DNA of 64,000 nucleotides from Methanobacteriota archaeon (GTDB lineage Bacteria; Myxococcota; UBA727; JABDBI01): NCBI GenBank assembly GCA_013288705.1, contig JABDBI010000006.1, positions 9,078 to 73,077 of the forward strand, read 5' to 3'. Shown piece by piece: positions 63,779 to 64,000 of this stretch (position 1 is its first letter; each line of letters starts with the position of its first letter). The notes under the pieces were generated by a model. It saw only the letters and a program-made list of their open reading frames with translations, ran no database searches and was not told where the DNA came from. The position numbers and the translations under genes were made by a program.

Positions 63779-64000
63779 GAGAGCACCCGCGGTCCTTGGC
63801 TGTTGATAGGTGAGATGTAGATATCACAAGCAAGATTTTGCGCGCGGCATGCCTTGGCCATCGCTTCACCGATTTTTTCTGCGTGAGATTTTGTGAGCGA
63901 TAATGCAAAGAGAGACGGGCCCGATCCGGAAATACTGCAACCTAAAGCGTCTTCACTAAGAGCAGCTGCTTTCATCTCGTTAAACCCGGGAATTAATGCA
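63775..64000 (-). CDS. thrB: Homoserine kinase, C-terminal part (5' end beyond the window)
   Basis: Frame stays open to the window edge (..ALIPGFNEMKAAALSEDALGCSISGSGPSLFAL..), the GHMP-kinase motif III region. Confidence 0.8.
   Translation of the reverse strand, partial: ALIPGFNEMKAAALSEDALGCSISGSGPSLFALSLTKSHAEKIGEAMAKACRAQNLACDIYISPINSQGPRVLS

Overview
This is a chromosomal segment of a diderm (Gram-negative-type) bacterium, roughly balanced GC by eye. I cannot assign the lineage from sequence alone. All domain calls come from motif recognition in the translations, because no searches could be run.

Housekeeping genes:
- 5'-truncated ABC-F ATPase, RluA-family pseudouridine synthase, mlaE-mlaF-mlaD, and a LysR regulator.
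- RlmM-like methyltransferase, hutG, cysS, recF, glutamate dehydrogenase, def, and a KamA-family radical SAM enzyme.
- metK, tRNA-Thr(CGU), thrC, and a partial thrB.

These are interleaved with many secreted, lipoprotein or eukaryote-like accessory genes:
- papain C1 protease, Sel1-like and ankyrin repeat proteins, and a SYLF domain protein.
- a Zn phospholipase C/P1-nuclease-like protein and a Lon-type AAA+ module with a signal peptide.
- Big_5/DUF3494 'ice-binding-like' beta-helix proteins.

No rRNA, CRISPR array, transposase or integrase was seen.

Most notable observations:
1. A translationally coupled minus-strand trio at 25.5-28.2 kb. It consists of a 58-aa acidic peptide with lasso-precursor hallmarks, a secreted DUF3494 protein, and a glutaminase-less AsnB/lasso-cyclase-like enzyme. 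No leader peptidase or RRE is present.
2. An orphan LcrH/SycD-like TPR chaperone sits next to a 316-aa repeat-rich protein ending in a T3SS needle-like helix.
3. A six-gene Hyf-type group-4 hydrogenase-like membrane complex whose 'large subunit' has lost all four Ni-Fe cysteine ligands (Ehr-like).
4. A bacterial topoisomerase VI A/B pair lies beside recF.
5. A 1.65-kb islet follows tRNA-Thr, bounded by a degenerate copy of the tRNA 3' end. It carries a Hint-domain toxin-like gene and a small putative immunity gene.
6. A SAM-methyltransferase-like gene is split by a frameshift at a G5 run.
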